From Escherichia phage vB_ESM-pEJ01: a stretch of 64,000 nt of DNA. How positions within the stretch are numbered: the first letter of the stretch is position 1; each line of letters opens with the position of its first letter. The notes below the pieces were generated by a model. That model saw only the letters and a list, made by a program, of their open reading frames with translations. It did not search any database and had not been told where the DNA came from. Where the stretch lies: sequence record OP114734.1, one strand, 5' to 3'. Positions 7,672-16,492 of this stretch are shown here, piece after piece. The translations under genes were made by a program, and so were the position numbers.

Positions 7672-9915
7672 TTACAGCTTGCAAGATGAGCACTCGCTAG
7701 CGTCTTCCGTACCATCAGCACCATCACGCACGTTAGCGTAATACAGGGTTTTCAGACCGTAATATTGAGCAAACAACATATCATCTAACACATCAGCAAT
7801 ATCGACTTTACCAGTCTTATAAGTGCTTGGATCGTATGATGTATTGGAACTAATCGCCTGATCCACAAACTTCTGCATGATCGCTGCCAGTGTGAGATAA
7901 GGCTTGTTACCTTTCTTGATCAGTGTCCAAAGCAGGTCAATAACATCAGCATTATTCTCTACGTTCGGAATAACCTGATTAAATTGCCCTTCTTTCGATC
8001 CTTTAACCGATACAATCCCGCGAGGCGGTTCAATACCGTTTGTGCTGTTAGATACCTGAGAAGACGACTCACAAGGCATCAGCGCCGACAGTGTACTGTT
8101 ACGAATGCCATATTTTTTCAGGTCTTCGCGCAGTTCTTCCCAATCCATCTCATACACCGGATCAACCAGTTCATCTACTGTCTTTTTGTACCAGTCGATA
8201 GGAAGTTCACCGCGACCATAGCGTGTTTCGTGCATCAGTTCGCAAGCACCCTTCTCTTTAGCCAGTCGCACACTAGCCTTAATCAGAGCATATTGCAAGC
8301 GTTCAAACGTTTTATGCGTAAACTCGTTAGCGTCTTCATATGTGAAGAAATTATCTGCTAGATATGATGCAAAGTTAGTAACACCAATACCCAGAGAGCG
8401 ACGTTTTTTGGCTGTCAGAGCTTGTTCTACAGGATAATCCTGATAATCTAACAGGTTGTCAAGTGCACGCACCATAACCATAGCAATGCGTTCTACTTCT
8501 TCCATATTTTCGATATCGAAATTACCTAAAACATATGCTGCCAAAGTACATAGGCTGATCTCTGAATCATCACGCCCCATCGGTTTTGTTGGCAGCGCAA
8601 TTTCACAACACAGGTTAGATTGTTTAATCGGTGCTACATTACGAATAAACGCCCCGTGATTGTTCATGTTGTCTGTGAACGTTGGGTAGATTCGACCTGT
8701 GTTAAAACGTTCAATTGCCACCGCTAAAAACAGGTCTTCGGCTTTAACACGAGTTTTACGAACACTCGGATCTTTTTCCAGTTTTTCGTAAAGCTGGCGG
8801 AAACCTTCCTCATCTCGGAAGTATAGATCCCACAATAAGCCACCCGCAACATCTGGACTAAACAGAGTAATGTAATCCCGTTTAAGGAATCGCTCTACCA
8901 TCAGGTTATTAATCTGTACGCCGTAATCAAGATGACGAATGCGGTTATCTTCCACCCCCTTATTGTTCTTTAACACAATCAGACTTTCAAACTCTAAATG
9001 CCACATTGGGTAATAGAGAGTAGCTGCCCCGCCACGAATACCGCCTTGTGAGCATGACTTAACGGCAGTCTGAAAATGTTTCCAGAATGGGATAACGCCA
9101 GTATGACGAACTTCACCATGCCCGATCTTAGATCCTTCCGCGCGAATCATACCAGCATTGATACCGATACCAGCACGCTTGCTAATATACTTGATGATTG
9201 CATTTGCTGTTTCGTTGATGCCCTGCAATGAGTCATCACTTTCAATCACCACACACGAACTAAATTGGCGTGTTTGGGTACGCACACCTGCCATAATCGG
9301 AGTAGGCAGAGAGATTTGCTTATTCGCAACAGCATTATAAAAATCAATCACATGTTCAAGTCGATTTTCTGTCTCTTCTTGATGCAAGCACATACCGATC
9401 AGCATATACGCAAATTGCGGTGTTTCGATGATTTTCTTAGTGCTGCGATCCTGAACAAGATATTTCTCTTTTAACTGCATCGCACCAGCATAGGTCATTT
9501 TAAAATCAAGTTTATGGTCGATGAATTTCTCCAGATATTCCACTTCTTCACGGGAATATTTTTGCAGAATTTCGCGATCATATTTTCCGGTTGCAATATT
9601 ACGCTCAATATGGCTATAAAAATCAATAGGTTGGAATTGACCGTATACTGATTTACGAAGCGCGAACATTGCAAGGTTACTTGCTACATATTGATAATCA
9701 GGTGTTTCTACAGTAATGTTATCTGCGGCGACCTTAATCAATACTTTCTGGATATCATTGGTAGACATACCTTCTGTCAGAAGTGGTTCAACCATATCAA
9801 ACAATTCATATGGATCAACGTTATGACCTTCGGCTGCCGCTTCCAGAATTTTCATTACTTTTTCTTTTTCAAACGGAACAGTCAGACCGGAAGACTTAAC
9901 AACATTTTTAATCAT
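7672..9915 (-). CDS. nrdA: ribonucleotide reductase alpha subunit
   Basis: 747 aa; class I RNR large subunit with ATP-cone N-terminus; T4 NrdA-like length. Confidence 0.92.
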   Translation of the reverse strand: MIKNVVKSSGLTVPFEKEKVMKILEAAAEGHNVDPYELFDMVEPLLTEGMSTNDIQKVLIKVAADNITVETPDYQYVASNLAMFALRKSVYGQFQPIDFYSHIERNIATGKYDREILQKYSREEVEYLEKFIDHKLDFKMTYAGAMQLKEKYLVQDRSTKKIIETPQFAYMLIGMCLHQEETENRLEHVIDFYNAVANKQISLPTPIMAGVRTQTRQFSSCVVIESDDSLQGINETANAIIKYISKRAGIGINAGMIRAEGSKIGHGEVRHTGVIPFWKHFQTAVKSCSQGGIRGGAATLYYPMWHLEFESLIVLKNNKGVEDNRIRHLDYGVQINNLMVERFLKRDYITLFSPDVAGGLLWDLYFRDEEGFRQLYEKLEKDPSVRKTRVKAEDLFLAVAIERFNTGRIYPTFTDNMNNHGAFIRNVAPIKQSNLCCEIALPTKPMGRDDSEISLCTLAAYVLGNFDIENMEEVERIAMVMVRALDNLLDYQDYPVEQALTAKKRRSLGIGVTNFASYLADNFFTYEDANEFTHKTFERLQYALIKASVRLAKEKGACELMHETRYGRGELPIDWYKKTVDELVDPVYEMDWEELREDLKKYGIRNSTLSALMPCESSSQVSNSTNGIEPPRGIVSVKGSKEGQFNQVIPNVENNADVIDLLWTLIKKGNKPYLTLAAIMQKFVDQAISSNTSYDPSTYKTGKVDIADVLDDMLFAQYYGLKTLYYANVRDGADGTEDASECSSCKL

Positions 9916-9963
9916 ATTACCTCACTTCATATTTTAGTAGGAACAAGTTTTATCCTCCATATT

Positions 9964-9979
9964 GGGGGCTTTCGCCCCC
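9964..9979 (-). other. stable GNRA-loop hairpin GGGGGCGAAAGCCCCC (minus-strand sense) between td and nrdA
   Basis: perfect 6 bp G/C stem with GAAA loop; identical 16-mer occurs in plus-strand sense at 21997..22012. Confidence 0.5.
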
Positions 9980-9985
9980 CTTTGT

Positions 9986-11206
9986 TTATACTGCCATTTG
10001 AGCGGTGATCGCTGGATGGCTTTGATAGTTGTGAATTTTAAAATCTTTCGGAGTCTTTGTCAATACCTCATCTAAAGATTTAAATTCCGGCAACTCAATT
10101 GTTGGTTTATCAAACGGAACACGGCTTAACTGTTCCATAACTTGATCAAAATGGTTTTTGTAAATGTGAGTATCTCCACCAGAGAAAATCAGTTCTCCTA
10201 CCTCAAGATCACACATTTTCGCTATGATGTGAGTTAACAGCGCATAGCTGGCGACGTTAAAGGGCAAGCCCAAAAAGCTGTCTACGCTTCGCTGAAACCA
10301 CATACAAGACAGTTTACCTTCATTGACGTAGAATTGTACGAACGGATGACATACACCCAATACAGCATTATGTGTTCCTTGTACGTTCCATGAGTCAATG
10401 ATGATACGTCGATCCGTTGGATTGTTTTTAATTTGTTCAATCACGTTTTGTAACTGGTCTTCCCAAATCTTCGGGCGATAGACATATTCTTCATCGTCTT
10501 TAGTGCTTGATGTGTCTACGTCCATACTAACAAACATCGTGGTATCCGGTGCTATAATATCCCCACCCAGATAATCACTATCAAGCAGATAACCGAAATA
10601 ACCATCATCTACCCATTCCTGGAATCCCCACAAGCAATATGCATCATTAACAAAATTAGATTGAGTCTTCCAGTGGTCTGCTACCAGAATATAATCAAAC
10701 TCTTCATAACGCATACCACGCCAGATAGCACATAAACGGTCTTCTGTGTCATTGGTTGGCGTAAAGTCTTCTACCCACGGGTGCTTAAATGTATGTGTAT
10801 ATTTGCTCTTAACGCGCTTAATTTTGATTTCACCATGTGGATGAATCGGTTTGCGTCTCCACGCCATACCATACATATTGCCGACATTATAACCATTGAA
10901 TCGCAAGGGATTCTTTTCTTTCATATCAAGACAGTTGCCGCGCCAAATATCAAAGGCTTCCTCGTCAAACTTGCCGCGTGTAATTTCCTGTAAGCGACGG
11001 CGGTCAAGTGATCCCTCCATAAACCATAGCAATTCGCCAATTACAGAGGCTGTAGCCATCTTTTTAGTGGTCAGTAATGGGAAACCCTTGCTTAAATCAA
11101 TTCGCATCTCTGCGCCGAATTTAGAGAGCGTACCTACCCCCGTGCGGTCTTCACGAGGACAGCCATTATCAAGAACATCACGCAATAGTTTCAAATATTC
11201 TTTCAT
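9986..11206 (-). CDS. td: thymidylate synthase with ~115 aa in-frame insertion
   Basis: 406 aa; N- and C-terminal thirds match remembered T4 Td (C-terminus HPAITAQMAV vs T4 HPPIKGKMAV); extra segment between the WR motif and the ...DRRIIIDSWN block. Confidence 0.85.
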   Translation of the reverse strand: MKEYLKLLRDVLDNGCPREDRTGVGTLSKFGAEMRIDLSKGFPLLTTKKMATASVIGELLWFMEGSLDRRRLQEITRGKFDEEAFDIWRGNCLDMKEKNPLRFNGYNVGNMYGMAWRRKPIHPHGEIKIKRVKSKYTHTFKHPWVEDFTPTNDTEDRLCAIWRGMRYEEFDYILVADHWKTQSNFVNDAYCLWGFQEWVDDGYFGYLLDSDYLGGDIIAPDTTMFVSMDVDTSSTKDDEEYVYRPKIWEDQLQNVIEQIKNNPTDRRIIIDSWNVQGTHNAVLGVCHPFVQFYVNEGKLSCMWFQRSVDSFLGLPFNVASYALLTHIIAKMCDLEVGELIFSGGDTHIYKNHFDQVMEQLSRVPFDKPTIELPEFKSLDEVLTKTPKDFKIHNYQSHPAITAQMAV

Positions 11207-11447
11207 CCCACATCACCTTTTTCTTATTGATTGCTTTCTTACGCAGTTTTGCTACTGTCTCGTCAATGTCTATAAAGATAACACCACGGTCGAATATAGT
11301 AGCAGGTCTTGATATATCGCTATTTTCTTGCACAGGAAGCCATGATGCGCTCGCTTCATCATAGAGATATTGTAAACCGTAATAATCTACGGCTACTGCG
11401 TAGTTTTCACTGGTAGCTGACCATAATTGAATAATACCGACTTTCAT
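11178..11447 (-). CDS. hypothetical protein
   Basis: start re-set to MKVGIIQ ATG at 11447, which overlaps the stop of the upstream micro-ORF (TAATG). Confidence 0.45.
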   Translation of the reverse strand: MKVGIIQLWSATSENYAVAVDYYGLQYLYDEASASWLPVQENSDISRPATIFDRGVIFIDIDETVAKLRKKAINKKKVMWDERIFETIA

Positions 11448-11539
11448 TATTGTTCCCGTCCGCAATGTAAACACCGACTACCAGCAAACATCAAAGATTC
11501 ACCACAATGTTTGCACTCATAATCTGTCAGAATTTTCAT
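11447..11539 (-). CDS. zinc-ribbon micro-protein (30 aa, CxxC...CxxC), not in ORF track
   Basis: MKILTDYECKHCGESLMFAGSRCLHCGREQ; SD GAAGG inside the frd 3' end; stop overlaps next gene start. Confidence 0.45.
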   Translation of the reverse strand: MKILTDYECKHCGESLMFAGSRCLHCGREQ

Positions 11540-11540
11540 G

Positions 11541-12122
11541 TTACGCCTTCTTACGTTCTAAAATTTGTTCGCTGATCAGGTAATCATCAAGGAAGTAATT
11601 ATGTTCTTCTTTTGTTGCAAAGTCAAAATATAATTCCTGAATCATTTCCTTAGAGATGCCAACATCATATTCAAACAGATCATTAATTCCTGATCGTTGA
11701 ACATACGTTAACACAATACGGTCCGCAAAGTCAACTGCTTTTTCAATCAGGGAAGGTCCGCCAATAACGCTTACCAAACCTTGCAATTTCTCTATGACTT
11801 CTAATAATTCCTTCAATCCACCATCATTAGTAATCTCGGTATACACATCTGGTTGGTCGCCGTTTTTTGCTTTCGGTGCTGGCTTACTGGTATCGGTGCT
11901 AACAACCACATTCACACGACCTTCCAGTGCTTTAGGGAGACTTTCAAAGGTATTACGTCCCATTACAACCGCCGCAAGATCAACATCTCCCATAGTGCGC
12001 ATTTTAAAGTTTTCCATGTCCTTTTTGATTGGACGTCCCCACGGTAAACCGCCTTTAAAACCAAAAGCCCAATTTTCATCTGACATTTTAGTATCACCAA
12101 TCGCAAATACACATTGAATCAT
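11541..12122 (-). CDS. frd: dihydrofolate reductase
   Basis: 193 aa; DHFR fold motifs (...GLPWGRP...); upstream of td as in T4. Confidence 0.85.
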   Translation of the reverse strand: MIQCVFAIGDTKMSDENWAFGFKGGLPWGRPIKKDMENFKMRTMGDVDLAAVVMGRNTFESLPKALEGRVNVVVSTDTSKPAPKAKNGDQPDVYTEITNDGGLKELLEVIEKLQGLVSVIGGPSLIEKAVDFADRIVLTYVQRSGINDLFEYDVGISKEMIQELYFDFATKEEHNYFLDDYLISEQILERKKA

Positions 12123-12137
12123 AATATAAATCTCCCA

Positions 12138-12467
12138 TCAAATCAGTTTGAAATAGTTTTCGTTTACATTTTCTTCTGTGATTGCTGTCTTAAATTCTTG
12201 ACCGTTATCCGGTGTGATGAAATAACGGTCTGAATAATCACGAAAACGTTTTAAGTGAGATACCCCAACATTAACACCATGTTCCCAAAAACGAAAGGTA
12301 ATCATTTTTGGTTCATATCGATAGTCGCTGGTTAACACAGTACCATCACCGCGACGGGCTTCATAAACCGTAATACATTCACGATTAGCGGCTTTAAGGC
12401 ATTCTTCAATAGTGCCGCACGAGATAATACTTACTTTTTCATCTACGATTTGTTCTACAGTCCACAT
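12138..12467 (-). CDS. hypothetical protein
   Basis: 110 aa from MWTVEQ; promoter 12499..12527 and SD AGAGAGGA upstream; track ORF start at 12527 lies inside the promoter. Confidence 0.5.
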   Translation of the reverse strand: MWTVEQIVDEKVSIISCGTIEECLKAANRECITVYEARRGDGTVLTSDYRYEPKMITFRFWEHGVNVGVSHLKRFRDYSDRYFITPDNGQEFKTAITEENVNENYFKLI

Positions 12468-12498
12468 AATATAATCCTCTCTTTGTTTCGATATGTGC

Positions 12499-12527
12499 AT
12501 TATACTTTGATTCTTACAAACTTGCAA
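12499..12527 (-). promoter_or_regulatory. sigma70-like promoter (TTGCAA-17-TATAAT)
   Basis: canonical spacing; drives ORF 12138..12467. Confidence 0.5.
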
Positions 12528-12937
12528 CCTAATTCTTTTTCAATTTGTTTCTGGCGCTCTATGTCCTGAGTAATTTTGTATTTGTGTTCCGGTTCGTCGA
12601 TTTCATAAGCAACGTTATTAACCGGATCATAACCATCAATTCTATACCCCAATATAGGGTATTGTCGTTTTAATTTTATATTCAAAAGCTGTTCTATTGT
12701 GTCTAGTGCAATCTTTTCGGCAGCTGATAATCCAAAACGTATTCCAAAATATTGTTTCCTCACCGCTTCCGCAAGTTCTTCTGTTAAAATTATTTGCTTC
12801 TGTTTTCTACCATACACATCAAAATATTCACTATAATCATAACACAGACCTGTGTTTCTTGCAACCTTTTTTATGTCTCTAGTTACATGGGCATGACGTT
12901 TATTAAATTCTTTCGCAATATCCAGTGAGCTAATCAT
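12500..12937 (-). CDS. Rha-like regulatory protein with C-terminal nuclease-like segment
   Basis: 145 aa; N-terminus ISSLDIAKEFNKRHAHVTRDIKK resembles phage Rha family; C-terminus GYRIDGY...AYEIDEPEH acidic motif; occupies the T4 frd.1-frd.3 slot. Confidence 0.45.
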   Translation of the reverse strand: MISSLDIAKEFNKRHAHVTRDIKKVARNTGLCYDYSEYFDVYGRKQKQIILTEELAEAVRKQYFGIRFGLSAAEKIALDTIEQLLNIKLKRQYPILGYRIDGYDPVNNVAYEIDEPEHKYKITQDIERQKQIEKELGCKFVRIKV

Positions 12938-12964
12938 TTTATCCTCCGTTGCTTAGATGAGTGT

Positions 12965-12992
12965 ATTATACATTACCACATCATCATGTCAA
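12965..12992 (-). promoter_or_regulatory. sigma70-like promoter (TTGACA-16-TATAAT)
   Basis: upstream of ORF 12500..12937 with SD GGAGG. Confidence 0.45.
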
Positions 12993-13015
12993 CACCTTTT
13001 CATAAAATTTTAGGC

Positions 13016-13044
13016 AATAAAAAAGCCTCCCCTAAGGAAGGCTT
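13016..13044 (-). terminator. rho-independent terminator after gene 32
   Basis: GC-rich imperfect hairpin followed by T-run on the minus strand, just after the gp32 stop. Confidence 0.5.
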
Positions 13045-13053
13045 TAAAATTCA

Positions 13054-14028
13054 TTACATCCCTAACAGAGCGTCAAGATCATCCAGATCAGAAGCGGAGG
13101 AAGTACCGCCACCCAGGTCCAGAGATGCCATCAGGTCATCAGCGGAAGAACTCGACGCTGCGATAGCTGCGGTAGAAACAGACGCGGCGATAGCTGAGGT
13201 AGTGCCAGCATCGAATGCATTCATCTGTGCGTCAAAATCGTCAAGCTGGCTGTTAATCGCTGCCGCAGCACTGGAAGCCGCCGCACCAGCTACCATAGAA
13301 ACGCCCATAGTTTTCTTAAATTTGGTTTCCAGTTCATCGAACGGTTTAAACTGGCTAGGCGCTACAATCTCACCCAGATCAACCATGTTTTCCATCAGAT
13401 ATTTCTGATATGCTTCGTCTTCAATCTTCGGAAGCTGTGATTGCTGCATGAAACGAGAATCATCATAGTTCTGGTGTTTATCAACCTTCTTAGCTTTCAG
13501 GAGGAAGTTAGCACCGGAGAACACACAAGTTACATCTACAGGAACTTCGCCCATATCGGTATTCACGTTCACCATTGCAACGATCTTATCATAAATTTTC
13601 TGACCGAAGCGGAATTTGAATACATTACCTTCATTTTCTGGTGCTTGAGGATCTTTCAGTACCAGAATATTTGCGTAGTAAGAGGCTTTACGCTTAATCA
13701 GTTGCCATTCGGTTTTATCGGTATTGTACAGGTCTTTTTCGTTAATATATTTGCACACAGGGCAAGAATCAAAATCACCGTGGGTGCTTGAGCAGTTTTC
13801 CCAATACCATTTACCATTAACTTTGAAGGAATGGTTTACCAGTTTCACAATCGGCAGACCGTCTTCTGTCTTAGACGGCAGGAAGCGAATCAGGGCTTCA
13901 CCGTTACCTGCTGCATCAGTCTTAATCTTCCACTCTTTCGGATCTTCTTTGGAGAAACCGTTGCCACCTTTCAGTGCGGCCAGTTGAGCTTGCAGTTTGG
14001 AAGAATCTTGACGACGAAACATGTTCAT
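13054..14028 (-). CDS. 32: single-stranded DNA-binding protein gp32
   Basis: 324 aa; GNGEALIRFLPSK, WYWENCSSTHGDFDSCPVC zinc site and acidic Ala/Ser-rich C-tail match remembered T4 gp32. Confidence 0.93.
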   Translation of the reverse strand: MNMFRRQDSSKLQAQLAALKGGNGFSKEDPKEWKIKTDAAGNGEALIRFLPSKTEDGLPIVKLVNHSFKVNGKWYWENCSSTHGDFDSCPVCKYINEKDLYNTDKTEWQLIKRKASYYANILVLKDPQAPENEGNVFKFRFGQKIYDKIVAMVNVNTDMGEVPVDVTCVFSGANFLLKAKKVDKHQNYDDSRFMQQSQLPKIEDEAYQKYLMENMVDLGEIVAPSQFKPFDELETKFKKTMGVSMVAGAAASSAAAAINSQLDDFDAQMNAFDAGTTSAIAASVSTAAIAASSSSADDLMASLDLGGGTSSASDLDDLDALLGM

Positions 14029-14088
14029 AATTATACCTCTTTATACATTAACTATTGATTAATTTACGTTTTATACTATATCAGATAC

Positions 14089-14685
14089 TTAATTGCTTGT
14101 CAATACTTTATCAATTATATCTAACAGTTTTGGCTTTCTATTTTCAAATTCTAACATCTCTTCGGGAGAAATGTCAACTACTTCTGTTTTGTTGAAAAAG
14201 TTTGGGTCTATAGCATCAGCAACAAAGTTTCTCGCAAGTGCTGCCGCTTTCTCATGAACATATATTCCCAAATATATCAACTTCTTTCTTTCGACCTGAA
14301 TATTGGCAACATATTTACCATCTCGTTTATAAAGACTAACACCGATATATTCAGACGATCGACCTTTCTGTTTACCCATATTTCTTGAGTTTTGTTGCTC
14401 GTTCGCATCTCTCAAGTTTTCAATCCGATTATCTGTTATAATTCGGTTAACATGGTCAACGTATTTTGGCATGTATCCATGATGCATAAAGAAAATTATT
14501 CTATGCTCTTTATGATGTTTACCATCGATACACACCAATCTGTATCCATGACTAGGATTAACTCCACCCGCTCTAGATCCGACTTTATGCTTTCGGTTTG
14601 TCGATATCTTGCGAATCAGCTTACCGTTATCATATTTAAAGAGTTCATGACAACGAGCATACAATTCAGGATCATATGTTTTCAC
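14089..14685 (-). mobile_element. freestanding HNH homing endonuclease with AP2-like DNA-binding domain
   Basis: 198 aa; HNH core ...KEHRIIFFMHHGYMPKYVDHVNRIITDNRIENLRDANEQQNSRN followed by YIGVSLYKRDGKYVANIQV AP2-like module; inserted between genes 32 and 59. Confidence 0.8.
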
Positions 14686-15349
14686 CTTTTAACCTCGATA
14701 TTTCTTTACACTCTTTAACTACTTTAACAAATAATGCTCTTGCTTTTGCGGCGTCAATAACAAGTAGTTTCTTGTACGCCTTCATTTTAACACTATAAGT
14801 TTGCCAAATCAAGTCTTTGGCTACCTTGTCGTGTGCGTCGATTATATTTAGAAAGCTATCTAACAACATAAACGACTCAAACGATATAATCCGATTTTGC
14901 AGTAGTTTAAAGATACCGCTAGTTTCGGTTGCGGGATTGTATGTAATTAGCTCTTTAAGAGTAACCCCGCGTTTCTCTGAGAAGTATACCAGACTTTTAA
15001 TGTCATCGTCAAATCGTGTTGCTGCATCGGTTATCTTTCCTATGTATTCCATATAAAAGCCGTATGCGTCAACATCAGTGATTTCACCTACCCATGCATC
15101 GGTATTAGCTACCAGATTGCTTAGGAATAGGAAGTATAATTCTCTTAGATTGTACTTTTCCGCTAATTTTGCGAAATAATACTTATCTCTGCGTTTATTG
15201 AATGCGGCATCAGACAACCGCATCCTCCAATTGTATTTTACGCAATCATAACGCCCGTTCATGTGAGCTTTCATCATGCAATATAACATATACACAGATT
15301 TAGCATTAATTCGCATATCTGGATCTGGAGGAAGACGGTTTCTGATCAT
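14672..15349 (-). CDS. 59: helicase loader gp59
   Basis: 225 aa; KSVYMLYCMMKAHMNGRYDCVKYNW and LVANTDAWVGEI match remembered T4 gp59. Confidence 0.88.
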   Translation of the reverse strand: MIRNRLPPDPDMRINAKSVYMLYCMMKAHMNGRYDCVKYNWRMRLSDAAFNKRRDKYYFAKLAEKYNLRELYFLFLSNLVANTDAWVGEITDVDAYGFYMEYIGKITDAATRFDDDIKSLVYFSEKRGVTLKELITYNPATETSGIFKLLQNRIISFESFMLLDSFLNIIDAHDKVAKDLIWQTYSVKMKAYKKLLVIDAAKARALFVKVVKECKEISRLKGENI

Positions 15350-15358
15350 ACATACCCC

Positions 15359-15628
15359 TTAAATATCGAGAGTGTTTGTCGGTTCGTCGATCACTCCCTT
15401 CCTGAGCGTTCTATTTACTATACATTCTTGTGTGATCTTGTCAATAATGGACACCGGAATATATTTCTGATAGTGACCATATTCGATAGAGTTTTCCTCT
15501 ACAAACTGCGTTGTCGCTTCAAGATAAGTCAATCCATCTTCAACAACCAGTTTTTCGATTGCAAGACCGTTTGCTGTTTTGTTCGCGGCTTTTACCGCAT
15601 GTTCATTAAGCATTGAACACCCGATCAT
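15359..15628 (-). CDS. 33: late transcription co-activator gp33
   Basis: 89 aa; ...TYLEATTQFVEENSI... resembles remembered T4 gp33; position between 59 and dsbA. Confidence 0.55.
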   Translation of the reverse strand: MIGCSMLNEHAVKAANKTANGLAIEKLVVEDGLTYLEATTQFVEENSIEYGHYQKYIPVSIIDKITQECIVNRTLRKGVIDEPTNTLDI

Positions 15629-15881
15629 AGAGTTCTACCGCTTCATCGCGTTCTGCTTCGAAGGTTTCGCGCTGTTGCTGGTGATACAGTTTAAACAGAA
15701 TACCCCACATTTTACCGTCTACGCCCAATTCTTCTTTAGCACGCTGTTTGATCTCTTTGATCTTATCGCCGTATGCTTCTTGAATGGTTTTCTGATCGCT
15801 GGCTTCTTTAATCAGTTGTGCCAGGGTATTTCCGTGCACTGCTTCGTCAAATACTACTTTTTCTTTTTTCTGTTCAGTCAT
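15606..15881 (-). CDS. dsbA: dsDNA-binding protein DsbA
   Basis: 91 aa; FDEAVHG...LIKEASD...ELGVDGKM resembles remembered T4 DsbA; position upstream of rnh. Confidence 0.65.
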   Translation of the reverse strand: MTEQKKEKVVFDEAVHGNTLAQLIKEASDQKTIQEAYGDKIKEIKQRAKEELGVDGKMWGILFKLYHQQQRETFEAERDEAVELYDRVFNA

Positions 15882-15885
15882 AATA

Positions 15886-16482
15886 TTAACCCTCTTTCGT
15901 CATTAATTGAAAACCACGTTCAGCTTTTGAAATTTCGCTAGGACTTAAATCGTCACCCACATATTCTAGCATCATTTCTCGGATAATGTCAAGTGCTTTT
16001 TCATCACCTGATTTTAACTCGAACTTAAGTTCATAGTGAGCATCTCCCATGACTTCGCCGACTTTGCAATAATAGAAAGTGTCTTTGCACATTTCCACTA
16101 TAGCACCCTCAAGGTCAAGTGTCAATGACTTGCGGTATGTCATTACTTGCAATAAAGGAACGATAAGGTCGGAGTTTACGCCTAGACTATCAACATAGTG
16201 ATAGAAATCATCCATTGTTGAAAAAGTAATTTCTTCTCGGTTGAATAGTCCAGATTCACCATCACCTATTTTGACCATGATCAATGATCTATTAACGTCA
16301 AGTCGAGCATAAATTCCTTTTCGACGCAGTGCATGATCTTCGGTATCATAATAAAATTCGTGTTTTAGTGTGTTAGCATGATCTACGATATTGTACCCGT
16401 CATACATTGCTACCCACAAATCACAGATTGTTTCGACGCCAATTTGTGAGTGTGCATAGTATTTTAATTCAAGTTCTTTCAT
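15886..16482 (-). CDS. CYTH-like (triphosphate tunnel metalloenzyme) protein
   Basis: 198 aa; N-terminal ELELK (ExExK), YYDTEDHALRRKGIYARL, HYELKFELK acidic/basic motifs typical of the CYTH fold; no T4 counterpart at this junction. Confidence 0.45.
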   Translation of the reverse strand: MKELELKYYAHSQIGVETICDLWVAMYDGYNIVDHANTLKHEFYYDTEDHALRRKGIYARLDVNRSLIMVKIGDGESGLFNREEITFSTMDDFYHYVDSLGVNSDLIVPLLQVMTYRKSLTLDLEGAIVEMCKDTFYYCKVGEVMGDAHYELKFELKSGDEKALDIIREMMLEYVGDDLSPSEISKAERGFQLMTKEG

Positions 16483-16492
16483 ATGTCAACCC

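Noticed and set aside
10510-10855. td insertion as an intein or group I intron
   Set aside because: The segment is in frame with no stops and lacks intein terminal signatures (N-terminal Cys/Ser block, C-terminal HN), so neither an intron nor a canonical intein fits; kept as an insertion finding instead.
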